A DNA stretch of 57,037 nt, taken from positions 1-57,037 of the forward strand of contig JAFGEN010000159.1 in assembly GCA_016931595.1 (NCBI GenBank), read 5' to 3'. How positions within the stretch are numbered: position 1 is the first letter of the stretch; every line of letters begins with the position of its first letter. The position numbers and the translations under genes are program-made. Below the pieces are notes generated by a model that saw nothing but the letters and a program-made list of their open reading frames with translations, made no database searches and was not told where the DNA came from. This DNA comes from Candidatus Aminicenantes bacterium. Its GTDB lineage: Bacteria > Acidobacteriota > Aminicenantia > Aminicenantales > UBA4085. This document shows positions 34,720 to 42,790 of the stretch, piece by piece.

Positions 34720-35955
34720 TCACGCCCGGGTGGAAATCCGGGCGAACTTCGCTTCGGTGCCCTTGCGCATGATGTCCTTGGCGTCCCGGTCGCAGCGCAG
34801 GCACTTGTGGTAGAGAACATCGCCGATCAGGCCCGCCTTGTCCTTTCTTTCGGCGTCGGAGAGGAAATACGCCTCCATCGTATCGTACGGCCGGGACGTG
34901 CCGTCGCTTTCGTACTTGATGGTCAGGTCACAGCCTGCCTCGAACACCCGGTGGGCGCTTTCCGTCCAGTCGAAATCGGCCCGGCCCAGGTCGGGGTTGA
35001 TCCGCAGGTGGGCGGCCAGGGAGATATGGGGCAGCCCGGATTCCCGAAGCTCCCGGTCGCACTGGACGAACGTTTCGGCCGTGGCCGCATTGCCGATGTT
35101 GATCTCGTAGATGGGCGTCGTCCCGTCGTCCCGGAGGTATTCCTTGACGATGTTCATCAGCATCCGAAGCTGGACGGCATTCTGGGTGGACAGCAGCATC
35201 GAGATCTTGAAGGACAAAGCCGGGATTTCCCGGGCATAGCAGCAGGCGGCCACGATCGTCGACCAGCTCGGGTTGAGGAAAAAGGACGCGCCCGTTTCCA
35301 AGGCCGCCCGGGTGATGCCGTCGAGGTAGACGAGATGGTTGTTGTTGCCGATTTCGACGCCGCCGAGGTTGCCGAAGCCCGTGCCCTGGTTTTTGAGCTT
35401 GATCTGGCTGAGCCCGTTGCCGACGTCGAGCCGTTCGAACGTCTCCCCGGTGATTTTTTCGATTCTCCGGAACCGCTCTTCGGGAAGAGGAGTTCCGATG
35501 AGGTTGGTCGAGCAGAATTTGCTGGCCCCGAGGACGTTCTCGGTGATGGCCAAAGTGGCCGTTAAATTGCCCGAATAGACGTAATCCTCGGTCATCGGAA
35601 CGACCGAGATCATCTCGGCGGGCAGCAGCGCGTCGCCTTGATCGCTCAGCCGTTTCAAGGCCTCGACCGTCACCCGGGCGCCCTGGAAGCCGGACACCTG
35701 GGTTGTGCACACACCCTCCCGGGTCTTTTTGATCCCTTCCTTGGCGATGAAATCCTCGACCTTGGGCAGCGTTTTGGCCGCCGCTTCCGCTTGTTCCAGA
35801 AGGCCTCCCCAGCCTTTATCCCCGGCCGCTTTTTTCCGGGTATCATAAATCCCGAGGTCCTTGATTTTTCGGGAGATTTCGGCCCCGCCGCCGTAGGATT
35901 CCCTCAAGGCCTCGATGGCTTTCAGGTCTTTCGGGGACAAAAAGGGGAAATGCAT
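34720..35955 (-). CDS. Conserved-looking cytoplasmic protein of unknown function (411 aa), first gene of the cupin/aminotransferase operon
   Basis: AGGAGA RBS 5 nt before ATG 35955. No signal peptide or TM segment. No motif I can assign to a family. Confidence 0.7.
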   Translation of the reverse strand: MHFPFLSPKDLKAIEALRESYGGGAEISRKIKDLGIYDTRKKAAGDKGWGGLLEQAEAAAKTLPKVEDFIAKEGIKKTREGVCTTQVSGFQGARVTVEALKRLSDQGDALLPAEMISVVPMTEDYVYSGNLTATLAITENVLGASKFCSTNLIGTPLPEERFRRIEKITGETFERLDVGNGLSQIKLKNQGTGFGNLGGVEIGNNNHLVYLDGITRAALETGASFFLNPSWSTIVAACCYAREIPALSFKISMLLSTQNAVQLRMLMNIVKEYLRDDGTTPIYEINIGNAATAETFVQCDRELRESGLPHISLAAHLRINPDLGRADFDWTESAHRVFEAGCDLTIKYESDGTSRPYDTMEAYFLSDAERKDKAGLIGDVLYHKCLRCDRDAKDIMRKGTEAKFARISTRA

Positions 35956-36127
35956 GGGACTCTCCTAACCTGGATTATGTACGAGTCGAGATGGCTGCAG
36001 TTGCGAGGCGTGAAGGGTGACGCTGTGCTGGTCGCACTGCGAACCCTTCGTAACGAAGCAAATGCGGCCATATCGGCTCGCCCGAAGGGTAAATCCTCAT
36101 ATTTTCTATCTTATATAAAACAAAAAA
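35956..36127 (-). promoter_or_regulatory. Structured ~165-nt 5' leader with mutually exclusive helices (candidate riboswitch/attenuator)
   Basis: Plus-strand GAAGGGT (36012-36018), ACCCTTC (36043-36049) and GAAGGGT (36084-36090): the middle segment can pair with either flank. A further helix is GCAGTTGCGA (35997-36006) / TCGCACTGC (36032-36040). Confidence 0.4.
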
Positions 36128-36155
36128 ATTATAAGAATTTTAAAAGATTTATGAA
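36128..36155 (-). promoter_or_regulatory. Candidate promoter for the 35955 operon
   Basis: On the minus strand: TTCATA (36155-36150), 16-nt spacer, TATAAT (36133-36128), inside the only strongly AT-rich stretch of this region. Confidence 0.4.
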
Positions 36156-36489
36156 TAATCCAGGCTAAGTGGTGCGGTGAACAAAAGGGCGGGGAATATC
36201 GGCAACCGGATACACGCCGCCCGGCCGGTCGGACCGTCCGTCGCTGCGCGTTGCCCATCCTCATGAAGAAAACTTTGCCGCTCGATTCTCCGGCGGACCG
36301 GGTCATCCCCGCGGACCGCCCACCGTTTATAACATAGGCCGGAGAAGCGGTCAAATAACAGCGGAACGAGGAGGAAAACCGGGTGGACTCCCACCCGCCG
36401 ATATGCTAAATTGGGGAGCCTGCGCGCAAAGACCGCCCGCCCGTCGGGCGGATCCGACCGTCGGCCGAATCCCCTGAAAGGCGGCGTTT

Positions 36490-37119
36490 ATGACCTTCGA
36501 CTTCCTTCGGATCCTCGTCCTGGTTTCCGCGGGCCTGAGCCTGGCAGCGCTGTCCGCCATGGCTGTCCGGGCCTTCGGATTCGGACGACCCCGTTACCTC
36601 TCCCGGCCGCAGGGCCGCACCGGAAAGGGCGTCGTTTACGCGTTCGGCCGGGGCATGGTCGAGAAAGAAAGCGTAACACTGCACCGGCCGACGTTTTTCG
36701 GAGGCATTGCCTACCACGGTGCGATCTTCGTCGGGTTCGCCTATCTCTTCTGGCATGTCTTCCGGATCCCGGCCGCGCCTCCCGTCTGGTTTTTCCCCCC
36801 CGTGCTCCTCGGCGGGACGTTGATCGGCCTGGCCCTTCTCGTCAAGAGGATCAAAAGCCCCCATCTGCGCAAGTTGAGCTGCCCGGACGATTTTTTCGCC
36901 AATGTCCTGGTCGACCTGTTCCTGGCCGCCGCCTTCCTTCACACGATGATCCCGGCTTTGGAAACGGCGTTCTTCATCCTGTCCGTCGTTCTTTTCCTCT
37001 ACGTCCCCATCGGAAAAATCCGCCATTGCTTTTTCTTTTTCTATACCCGGATGGTGTTCGCCGTCCATTTCGGGCGCCGGGGAGCCCTGCCCGGCACGTC
37101 CCGGGAGATCCGGTCATGA
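36490..37119 (+). CDS. NarI/DsrM-like membrane protein (putative b-type cytochrome subunit)
   Basis: 209 aa, about 5 TM helices with conserved-looking His residues (AYHGAIF, FLHTMIP). Stop overlaps the next start (ATGA 37116-37119). Confidence 0.5.
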   Translation: MTFDFLRILVLVSAGLSLAALSAMAVRAFGFGRPRYLSRPQGRTGKGVVYAFGRGMVEKESVTLHRPTFFGGIAYHGAIFVGFAYLFWHVFRIPAAPPVWFFPPVLLGGTLIGLALLVKRIKSPHLRKLSCPDDFFANVLVDLFLAAAFLHTMIPALETAFFILSVVLFLYVPIGKIRHCFFFFYTRMVFAVHFGRRGALPGTSREIRS

Positions 37120-38468
37120 CAACGCCCACGCCTAAAACGGACGCCCTGGAAGAACGGCTCAACAGCCTGACCGACGACGACTTGTCCAATATCCTGGCCG
37201 AGCTGCGCCGCCGCTTCGGCGCGGCCGAAGCCTCCGCGGCCCAGACCTGCATCCGCTGCGGCCTGTGCGGACAGGCCTGCCATTACTTCCTGACAGACCC
37301 GAACCTGAAGAACCTGCCGGTCTACAAGCTGAACCTGGTGCTGGCCGTCTACAAGGCCCATTTCCTGGGTGAGGGGAAAGTTCTGGGGTCCTGGATCGGA
37401 GCCCGGAAACTCGACCGGGAGATGGTCCGGGAATGGGTCGACTCCCTTTTCGGTCGATGCTCCGGCTGCGGCCGGTGCACCGTCAATTGCACATCCGGAA
37501 TCAACATCGGGGGAATCATCCGGGCCGCCCGGGGCGCCCTGGCCTCAGCCGGCCTCGTTCCTCCCGAACTCCAGTCCACGGTCATGCTCGCCGTCGAGCA
37601 GGGCAACAACATGGGCATCCCGCGGCTGGACTGGCTGGACACCCTGGAATGGATCCAGGAAGAGTTGAGGAACGAAACCGGAGACCCGGACGCCCGTGTC
37701 CCGGTCGATGTGCCGGGCGCGAATATCCTTTATTCCGTCAATCCCCGCGAGCCCAAATTTTTCCCGCTTTCGCTCCTGGCCGCGGCCAAGATGTTCTATG
37801 CGGCCGGGGAGTCTTGGACGTTTTCATCCGATTATTACGATGTCACCAATTACGGCCTTTATTCCGGCGACAACGCCCATGCCGGCCTCCTGTCCGACCG
37901 CCTGTACCAGGCGGCCGACCGGCTCAAGGCCGGGACCCTGATTTTGGGCGAATGCGGACACGGATTCAATTCCAACCGCTGGGAAGCGCCGGAGTGGCTC
38001 AGGAAAACTCCGCCGGTCCCGGTTGAAAGCGTCCTCGAGCTGGCCGAAAGGTATGTTCGAAACGGCCGGATCACGCTCGACCCGTCCCGAAACGCCAAGC
38101 GGGTCACCCTTCACGACCCCTGCAACCTCGTCCGCCTGGGCGGCATTGTCGAGGCCCAGCGCTTCCTCCTTAAAAGCGCCGTGTCCGATTTCGTCGAAAT
38201 GACCCCCAACCGCCAGAAAAACTACTGCTGCGGCGGGGGCGGGGGGCAGCTTTCGATGACCCGGTACGCCCGGCGGCGCCTGGACGCAGGCAGGCTCAAA
38301 GCCGACCAAATCAAGGAAACCGGGGCCAAGATCGTCGTCGCTCCCTGCCACAATTGCATCGACCAGCTGATGGACCTGAACCGTGAGTATAAACTGGGAG
38401 TCGAAGTGAAGACCGTGGTGGAGGTCCTGGCCGAGGCGATCGTCCTGCCGAAGAAGGCCGAGGCCTAA
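37116..38468 (+). CDS. HdrD/DsrK/GlpC-like Fe-S protein with CCG domains
   Basis: Start trimmed to ATG 37116. Fe-S motifs CIRCGLCGQACHY and CSGCGRCTVNC. Cys-rich CCG-type motifs HDPCNLVR, NYCCGGGGG and VAPCHNC. Confidence 0.8.
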   Translation: MTTPTPKTDALEERLNSLTDDDLSNILAELRRRFGAAEASAAQTCIRCGLCGQACHYFLTDPNLKNLPVYKLNLVLAVYKAHFLGEGKVLGSWIGARKLDREMVREWVDSLFGRCSGCGRCTVNCTSGINIGGIIRAARGALASAGLVPPELQSTVMLAVEQGNNMGIPRLDWLDTLEWIQEELRNETGDPDARVPVDVPGANILYSVNPREPKFFPLSLLAAAKMFYAAGESWTFSSDYYDVTNYGLYSGDNAHAGLLSDRLYQAADRLKAGTLILGECGHGFNSNRWEAPEWLRKTPPVPVESVLELAERYVRNGRITLDPSRNAKRVTLHDPCNLVRLGGIVEAQRFLLKSAVSDFVEMTPNRQKNYCCGGGGGQLSMTRYARRRLDAGRLKADQIKETGAKIVVAPCHNCIDQLMDLNREYKLGVEVKTVVEVLAEAIVLPKKAEA

Positions 38469-38507
38469 AGATTCCGATTTCCGGCTCGGCTCAAAGGCGA
38501 AGAATTA

Positions 38508-38549
38508 TTGACGTGACATATTCCGATAAATTTGATATACATTATCGGA
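38508..38549 (+). promoter_or_regulatory. Candidate promoter/operator upstream of the thioredoxin-like gene
   Basis: TTGACG 38508-38513 / GTGACA 38513-38518. 8-bp perfect inverted repeat TCCGATAA (38522-38529) / TTATCGGA (38542-38549) with an AT-rich 12-nt spacer containing TATACA. A further ATTCCGAT copy at 38471-38478. Confidence 0.4.
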
Positions 38550-38565
38550 TGAAAAGGAGACAACC

Positions 38566-40125
38566 ATGAAAAAATCGCCGCTGACATCCGTTCTCGGGGC
38601 CTTTGTCCTCCTGGCCCTGGCCGCTGCATTGACCTTCGCGATTCAAGCCGGAGGACAAACGCGCCCGCCCGAATACAACGAAATCGTCGCCGCCCAGAAA
38701 ATCGCCGACCCGGCTGCAAGGTTGAAGGAATTCGAGCGGCTGAAAGCCGCCTACCCCCAAAGCGCCATGATGGGCACGATCGACGGCAATATCTACGGAA
38801 TCAAGCTCGAGATGGCCGAAACCCTGGAAACCGTCCTCCAATTGCAGAGGGGCGACCTCGGCAAGGGGGAAGGATTCATGAAGTGGATGTCCTACTTCGG
38901 CGCGGCGACGGATCTCGTCGACCACGACAAGTTGGAAAAGTTCGACAAGGCCGGCGTCTTGAAAGCCGTCCAGGCGTATAAGGCCGAGGGTGACAAGCTC
39001 CTGTCCGACCCGAGCCTCATCCAATCCCTTCCCGAAGCCCAGCGTCCGTACGCGCTCGATTATGCCAAGCGGTTCCACGTCACCCTAGCCATGGCCCAGT
39101 TGAACGCCGGCCAAGCGGCCGCGGCCGCCTCCTCGCTGGAGGCCTATAAAGCAGCCGGCGGCGCTTCCGACAGCGCCTATCATTTCGCCCTGGCCGAAGC
39201 CTCTGCCCGGCTGAATAAGAAAGCCGAGGCCCTCGAGGGCTATCTGAACGCGGCCGTCGAAAACCACGCTGACGCCACGGACAAGGCCAAGGCGGCCTGG
39301 ATCGCGCTCAAGGGTTCCGAAGAGGGCTTTGCCGCCGCCCTCGAAGCCAAGCAGAAAGAACTGCCGTACCATCCGGCCGCATTCCAAGCCCCGGCCGAAT
39401 GGAAGGGAAAGACCGTCCTGGCCGAGATCTTCACCGGCTCGGAGTGTCCTCCCTGCGTCGGCGCCGACTTGGGCTTCGACGGACTGATCGAATCCGTGCC
39501 GTCGAAGTATCTGGCTATTCTCGAATACCACCTTCCGATTCCCCGGCCCGACCCCATCATGAACCCGGCCACGGGCGCCCGCCAGGCTTTTTACGGCGTC
39601 AGAAGCACGCCTTCGACGTTTTTCGACGGGGAGGCAAAGTACGGCGGCGGCGGCGGACGGGGCAACGCGGAAAATAAGTACAAGCAATACCTGGGCGAGA
39701 TCATGTCCCGGCTCGGCCAAGCGCCGGTCTTGACCCTCAAAGCCGAGGCCGTTCTCTCCGGCGACAAGGTCGAGGTCAAGGCGATCGTCGACAAACCCGC
39801 GCCGGGGGCCGAAATCCACATCGCCCTCGTCCAGGGTGAAGTCCCCTACAAAGGCAGCAACGGGATTCTCTTCCACAAGATGGTCGTCAGGGACATCCGT
39901 ACGGTCGCGCCTGAATCGCCCAAGGCCGTTTTCGACCTGAGCGCTTCGGAACAGGCCACGGACGCGTATCTGACGGAATTCGAAAAGACCTATACCCGGG
40001 TCCCGAACTTCAAATGGGCCGAGCGGCATTTTAAAATCAGCCGGAACGGGCTGAAAGTCGTCGTCTTCGCCCAGGATTCTCAAACCAAGAAGGTTCTGAA
40101 CGCCGTCACGGTCGGGGTGAGATAG
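38566..40125 (+). CDS. Secreted protein with helical (TPR-like) N-half and thioredoxin-like C-half carrying a CPPC motif
   Basis: AAGGAGA RBS. Signal peptide MKKSPLTSVLGAFVLLALAAALTFA. FTGSECPPCVGADLGF redox-type CxxC. Confidence 0.6.
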   Translation: MKKSPLTSVLGAFVLLALAAALTFAIQAGGQTRPPEYNEIVAAQKIADPAARLKEFERLKAAYPQSAMMGTIDGNIYGIKLEMAETLETVLQLQRGDLGKGEGFMKWMSYFGAATDLVDHDKLEKFDKAGVLKAVQAYKAEGDKLLSDPSLIQSLPEAQRPYALDYAKRFHVTLAMAQLNAGQAAAAASSLEAYKAAGGASDSAYHFALAEASARLNKKAEALEGYLNAAVENHADATDKAKAAWIALKGSEEGFAAALEAKQKELPYHPAAFQAPAEWKGKTVLAEIFTGSECPPCVGADLGFDGLIESVPSKYLAILEYHLPIPRPDPIMNPATGARQAFYGVRSTPSTFFDGEAKYGGGGGRGNAENKYKQYLGEIMSRLGQAPVLTLKAEAVLSGDKVEVKAIVDKPAPGAEIHIALVQGEVPYKGSNGILFHKMVVRDIRTVAPESPKAVFDLSASEQATDAYLTEFEKTYTRVPNFKWAERHFKISRNGLKVVVFAQDSQTKKVLNAVTVGVR

Positions 40126-40151
40126 AGGCGCTTTTCGTCGTTATCTTCAGG

Positions 40152-40180
40152 TTGACCCGGCCCCGGGCATCGGATACAAT
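40152..40180 (+). promoter_or_regulatory. Candidate sigma70 promoter
   Basis: TTGACC 40152-40157, 17-nt spacer, TACAAT 40175-40180. ATG at 40204. Confidence 0.6.
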
Positions 40181-40203
40181 TCCGGCTCTTTAACGGGAAC
40201 CCG

Positions 40204-42789
40204 ATGCCGGTCGAATATCAGCCCGAGACCATACGCAATTTGGAGGCGGTGTTCTCCGCCCAGGGCGTGGTCCGTCCGTTCCGCCGCGGCCGCTACGAGG
40301 CCGGAACGGTCTTGGATTACGAGGTCCGCGGAATCCTGCCGGACGGCCGGGCCCGTATCTCCCTGGAAATCCTCAAGTTTGTCGGCGGCGGTTTCGCCGG
40401 CCAGGTTTACAAGGTCACCCCGCGCTCGATCGAAGCGATCGAGGGCCGGGTGGAAGGCCTGGAGGCCGGCCGCGTCTTCGCCCTCAAAATTCTGATTCCC
40501 CCGTCCGGATTCAGTGTTCGGATTCGGAACCTCTTCTACGGCCTCGGTTTTCAAGCGCCGTTTTCCCTCCAATCCCTGGCCGCCGCCGGCCGCTCCCAGG
40601 CCCTCTGGCAGAAATTCATCCGCCGGGCCGCCCGGGTCGAATTCAGCCGGGATGACGCCGTCGCCGACGTCATCGGGACCCTCCGCGACACGCGCCTGGG
40701 AAGCTACGGCGAGCTGATCGAATGGGTCGACGGGAGGATGTGGCGGTTCGAGGTCGACGACGACCTCGACGCCCGCCGGAGCTGGAAACCGGGAGAGCCC
40801 GGGGACGCACTGGGCTCGCCCGAGTATCGGACCAAGCGCGAGTTCATGAAGCGTCTGGTCGCGATGATGCGGCGGATGGGAGCGACGGAGTTGGCCCGCC
40901 AGTACGAATGGTGGTCGCTCAAAAGCCAGCCCAACGCGATGAAGCGAACAGCCTCCGACCCCGACCCGCGGGCCGGCTTGACGGCGGTCGATTTCCGGGC
41001 CGGGATGGCCTTGATGCCCTTCAATCCCCAGTGCCCGGTCGACTTCAAGCTGATTCTCCAAGGGATCGGCCGAGGCCGTTTCGTCCAATTCGACAAGGGC
41101 GATTTCCGAAAGCTTGAAGACTATCTCGACGATCACAAGGCCGCCTTCGCCGATCTTCGGCCGGCTTTCGAAGAGCTGAAGAGGGAAGACGCGGCTTATC
41201 GCGACTCCCTAATCGACTGGACATATCACCATGTCCGGCTCTTCAGCCTTCGGCTCCGCCGCCGGATCATGGCCGGGTTCCGCGAGGGCTGGCGGGTCCG
41301 GAACGTGACCGACGACCGGGCCGATGCCGTCCTGAAGAAAAGCGGGCTCCTCTCCTTCCTCTTTCTGACGGCCCCCTGGCTCGCCTTGGCCACCCCGGCC
41401 TTGCTGATCTTCGCCTGGCCGGGGCGTGTGTGGTGGAAGTATCCGCTCTGGCTGCTCCCTCTCCTCCTGGCGCCGTTCGTCCGGAGAATTTGGGGCCGGG
41501 GTGACCTACGCCGCCATTACGGCCGGATGATCGGAAGCCCCCGCTATTTCCTCAAGGCGGGACGAGCCCGAATCGCCGAAGCGATGGTCCGCTGGGTCCG
41601 GGCCGGTCGGGCTTCGGAGGAACGGGCTCTTAAAATCGCCGGCGCGCCCTGGCGGTACTACGTTCAGCTTCCGCTCTCGATCCTGCCGCCGGGCCTTCAC
41701 CGCTTTCTCACCGAAAAGACCTATTTTAAAGAGCGGATCAGGGCGATGTTCGTCCAGCCGGTACGGCTTCTCGTCCATGCGGCCGAACGCGAAAAGTGGA
41801 TGATTGAAATGATCGACCAGGGCCGGGAAAACGGCCTCCTGACCGAGCCCGAAGCCGAACGGATCAAGGGGCAGGTGAAAGAACCGTTCATCCAAAAATA
41901 CCTGAAAAGCCTGGCCGTCCACATGGCCACCCTGTTCGTCTCGGAGACGGTCTTTCTCATCACAGCCGTCGTCTATGTTCTGGCCCATCCGGACCTATCC
42001 TGGTCGGCGGCGACGCTTCGGGCCGGGATCATCATCGCCGCCCTGAACCTGCTTCCGATTTCTCCCGGGTCGCTTGTCCGGGGCTTTTACGTCATCGGCC
42101 TGATGATCAAGGAGCGGAACTTCAAGGATTATAATATCGCCTTCGGGGTCAGCTTTCTCAAGGTCCTCGGCTACCTGGCCTTCCCCATCCAGATGGCGTA
42201 TCGATATCCAGACCTGGCCCGGTTCATGGCCGGCCATTGGGCCAACGAAGCCGTCCACCGGGTTCCGATTTTCGGAGAAAAGGGGGCCTGGCTGGAACAT
42301 TTCGTTTTCGACTCATTCTATAATTTCCCCCTGACCCTGCGCCGTCGGATACGGATCCGGGCCGAAAAACGGGCCGGGGAGAAAAAGCGCGGGGGGACGA
42401 CTCTTGTTATTGTTCTAGCCGCAGCCGCTCTTATCGGGGCTCTCGTTTACGGCTTCGCCGCCGTCTCGGGCGGCCCGCCGGCGTTCCGCCGGATGTGGGG
42501 CCTGGGCATCTGGGTTCCGTTTTTCGCCGGAGCGATGATCGCTCGGACGGCTTCGGGCTTGCGAATGGGGCAGCGGGTCGTTCGGGGCATGATCGGCGGA
42601 GCCGTCATCGGCCTGTTTGCAGGAATTGCGCCTTATGTTCAAGCCCTCACTCCATTTTTTGGGACGGCCATAGTCGAAGCGGGCGCGCCGTTCGGCCTGG
42701 CCCTGGCTAAGTCTGGAGTCGGGATGTTCCTCTTGTTTGGAGTCCTTGGTCTGGCCGGAGCCGTGATCGCCGAGACGCGCAAGCCTTGA
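40204..42789 (+). CDS. Atypical protein-kinase-like (ABC1/UbiB- or RIO-like) domain fused to a large polytopic membrane domain
   Basis: Gly-rich loop VGGGFAGQVYKV, Lys motif VFALKIL, hinge-like ELIEWVDG, loop WWSLKSQPNAMKR, DFG-like AVDFRAG. These are followed by more than 8 hydrophobic helices. Confidence 0.5.
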   Translation: MPVEYQPETIRNLEAVFSAQGVVRPFRRGRYEAGTVLDYEVRGILPDGRARISLEILKFVGGGFAGQVYKVTPRSIEAIEGRVEGLEAGRVFALKILIPPSGFSVRIRNLFYGLGFQAPFSLQSLAAAGRSQALWQKFIRRAARVEFSRDDAVADVIGTLRDTRLGSYGELIEWVDGRMWRFEVDDDLDARRSWKPGEPGDALGSPEYRTKREFMKRLVAMMRRMGATELARQYEWWSLKSQPNAMKRTASDPDPRAGLTAVDFRAGMALMPFNPQCPVDFKLILQGIGRGRFVQFDKGDFRKLEDYLDDHKAAFADLRPAFEELKREDAAYRDSLIDWTYHHVRLFSLRLRRRIMAGFREGWRVRNVTDDRADAVLKKSGLLSFLFLTAPWLALATPALLIFAWPGRVWWKYPLWLLPLLLAPFVRRIWGRGDLRRHYGRMIGSPRYFLKAGRARIAEAMVRWVRAGRASEERALKIAGAPWRYYVQLPLSILPPGLHRFLTEKTYFKERIRAMFVQPVRLLVHAAEREKWMIEMIDQGRENGLLTEPEAERIKGQVKEPFIQKYLKSLAVHMATLFVSETVFLITAVVYVLAHPDLSWSAATLRAGIIIAALNLLPISPGSLVRGFYVIGLMIKERNFKDYNIAFGVSFLKVLGYLAFPIQMAYRYPDLARFMAGHWANEAVHRVPIFGEKGAWLEHFVFDSFYNFPLTLRRRIRIRAEKRAGEKKRGGTTLVIVLAAAALIGALVYGFAAVSGGPPAFRRMWGLGIWVPFFAGAMIARTASGLRMGQRVVRGMIGGAVIGLFAGIAPYVQALTPFFGTAIVEAGAPFGLALAKSGVGMFLLFGVLGLAGAVIAETRKP

Positions 42790-42790
42790 T

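Noticed and set aside
35969-36164. 10-bp inverted repeat CCTGGATTAT / ATAATCCAGG flanking the leader and AT-rich island, considered as MITE termini or an RBS-sequestering helix
   Set aside because: The repeat is short. The distal copy lies upstream of the predicted promoter, so it would not be in the mRNA. No target-site duplication is evident.
36171-36200. GGTGCGGTGAACAAAAGGGCGGGGAA resembling the 5' part of a cobalamin riboswitch
   Set aside because: No B12 box (GCCACTG-like core) or matching 3' elements could be found downstream.
36425-36431. CGCAAAG segment reminiscent of the c-di-GMP-I (GEMM) riboswitch, tempting given the c-di-GMP genes in the window
   Set aside because: Only one short fragment matches. 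The second GNRA/receptor half and the conserved P1/P2 context are not visible. The downstream genes are not c-di-GMP related.
36413-36474. tRNA-like ends (GGGGAG ... GAATCCCC)
   Set aside because: The length and internal pairing do not give a cloverleaf, and there is no T-loop GTTCGAATC or D-loop consensus.
36411-37115. N-terminal extension of the HdrD-like ORF given in the track (and similar long 5' extensions elsewhere)
   Set aside because: The extension overlaps the NarI-like gene in another frame and is Arg/Pro-rich. An ATG with an ATGA overlap at 37116 gives a normal N-terminus. Extensions at 3519-3851, 9273-9656, 12019-12429, 12348-12713, 15064-15978, 20895-20963, 27472-27612, 31002-31088, 34325-34414, 34707-34820 and 47425-47517 were trimmed likewise.
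42040-42080. ALNLLPISPGS segment in the kinase-like membrane protein, resembling the NLLPxxPLDGG motif of site-2 proteases
   Set aside because: No HExxH zinc motif is present anywhere in the protein.
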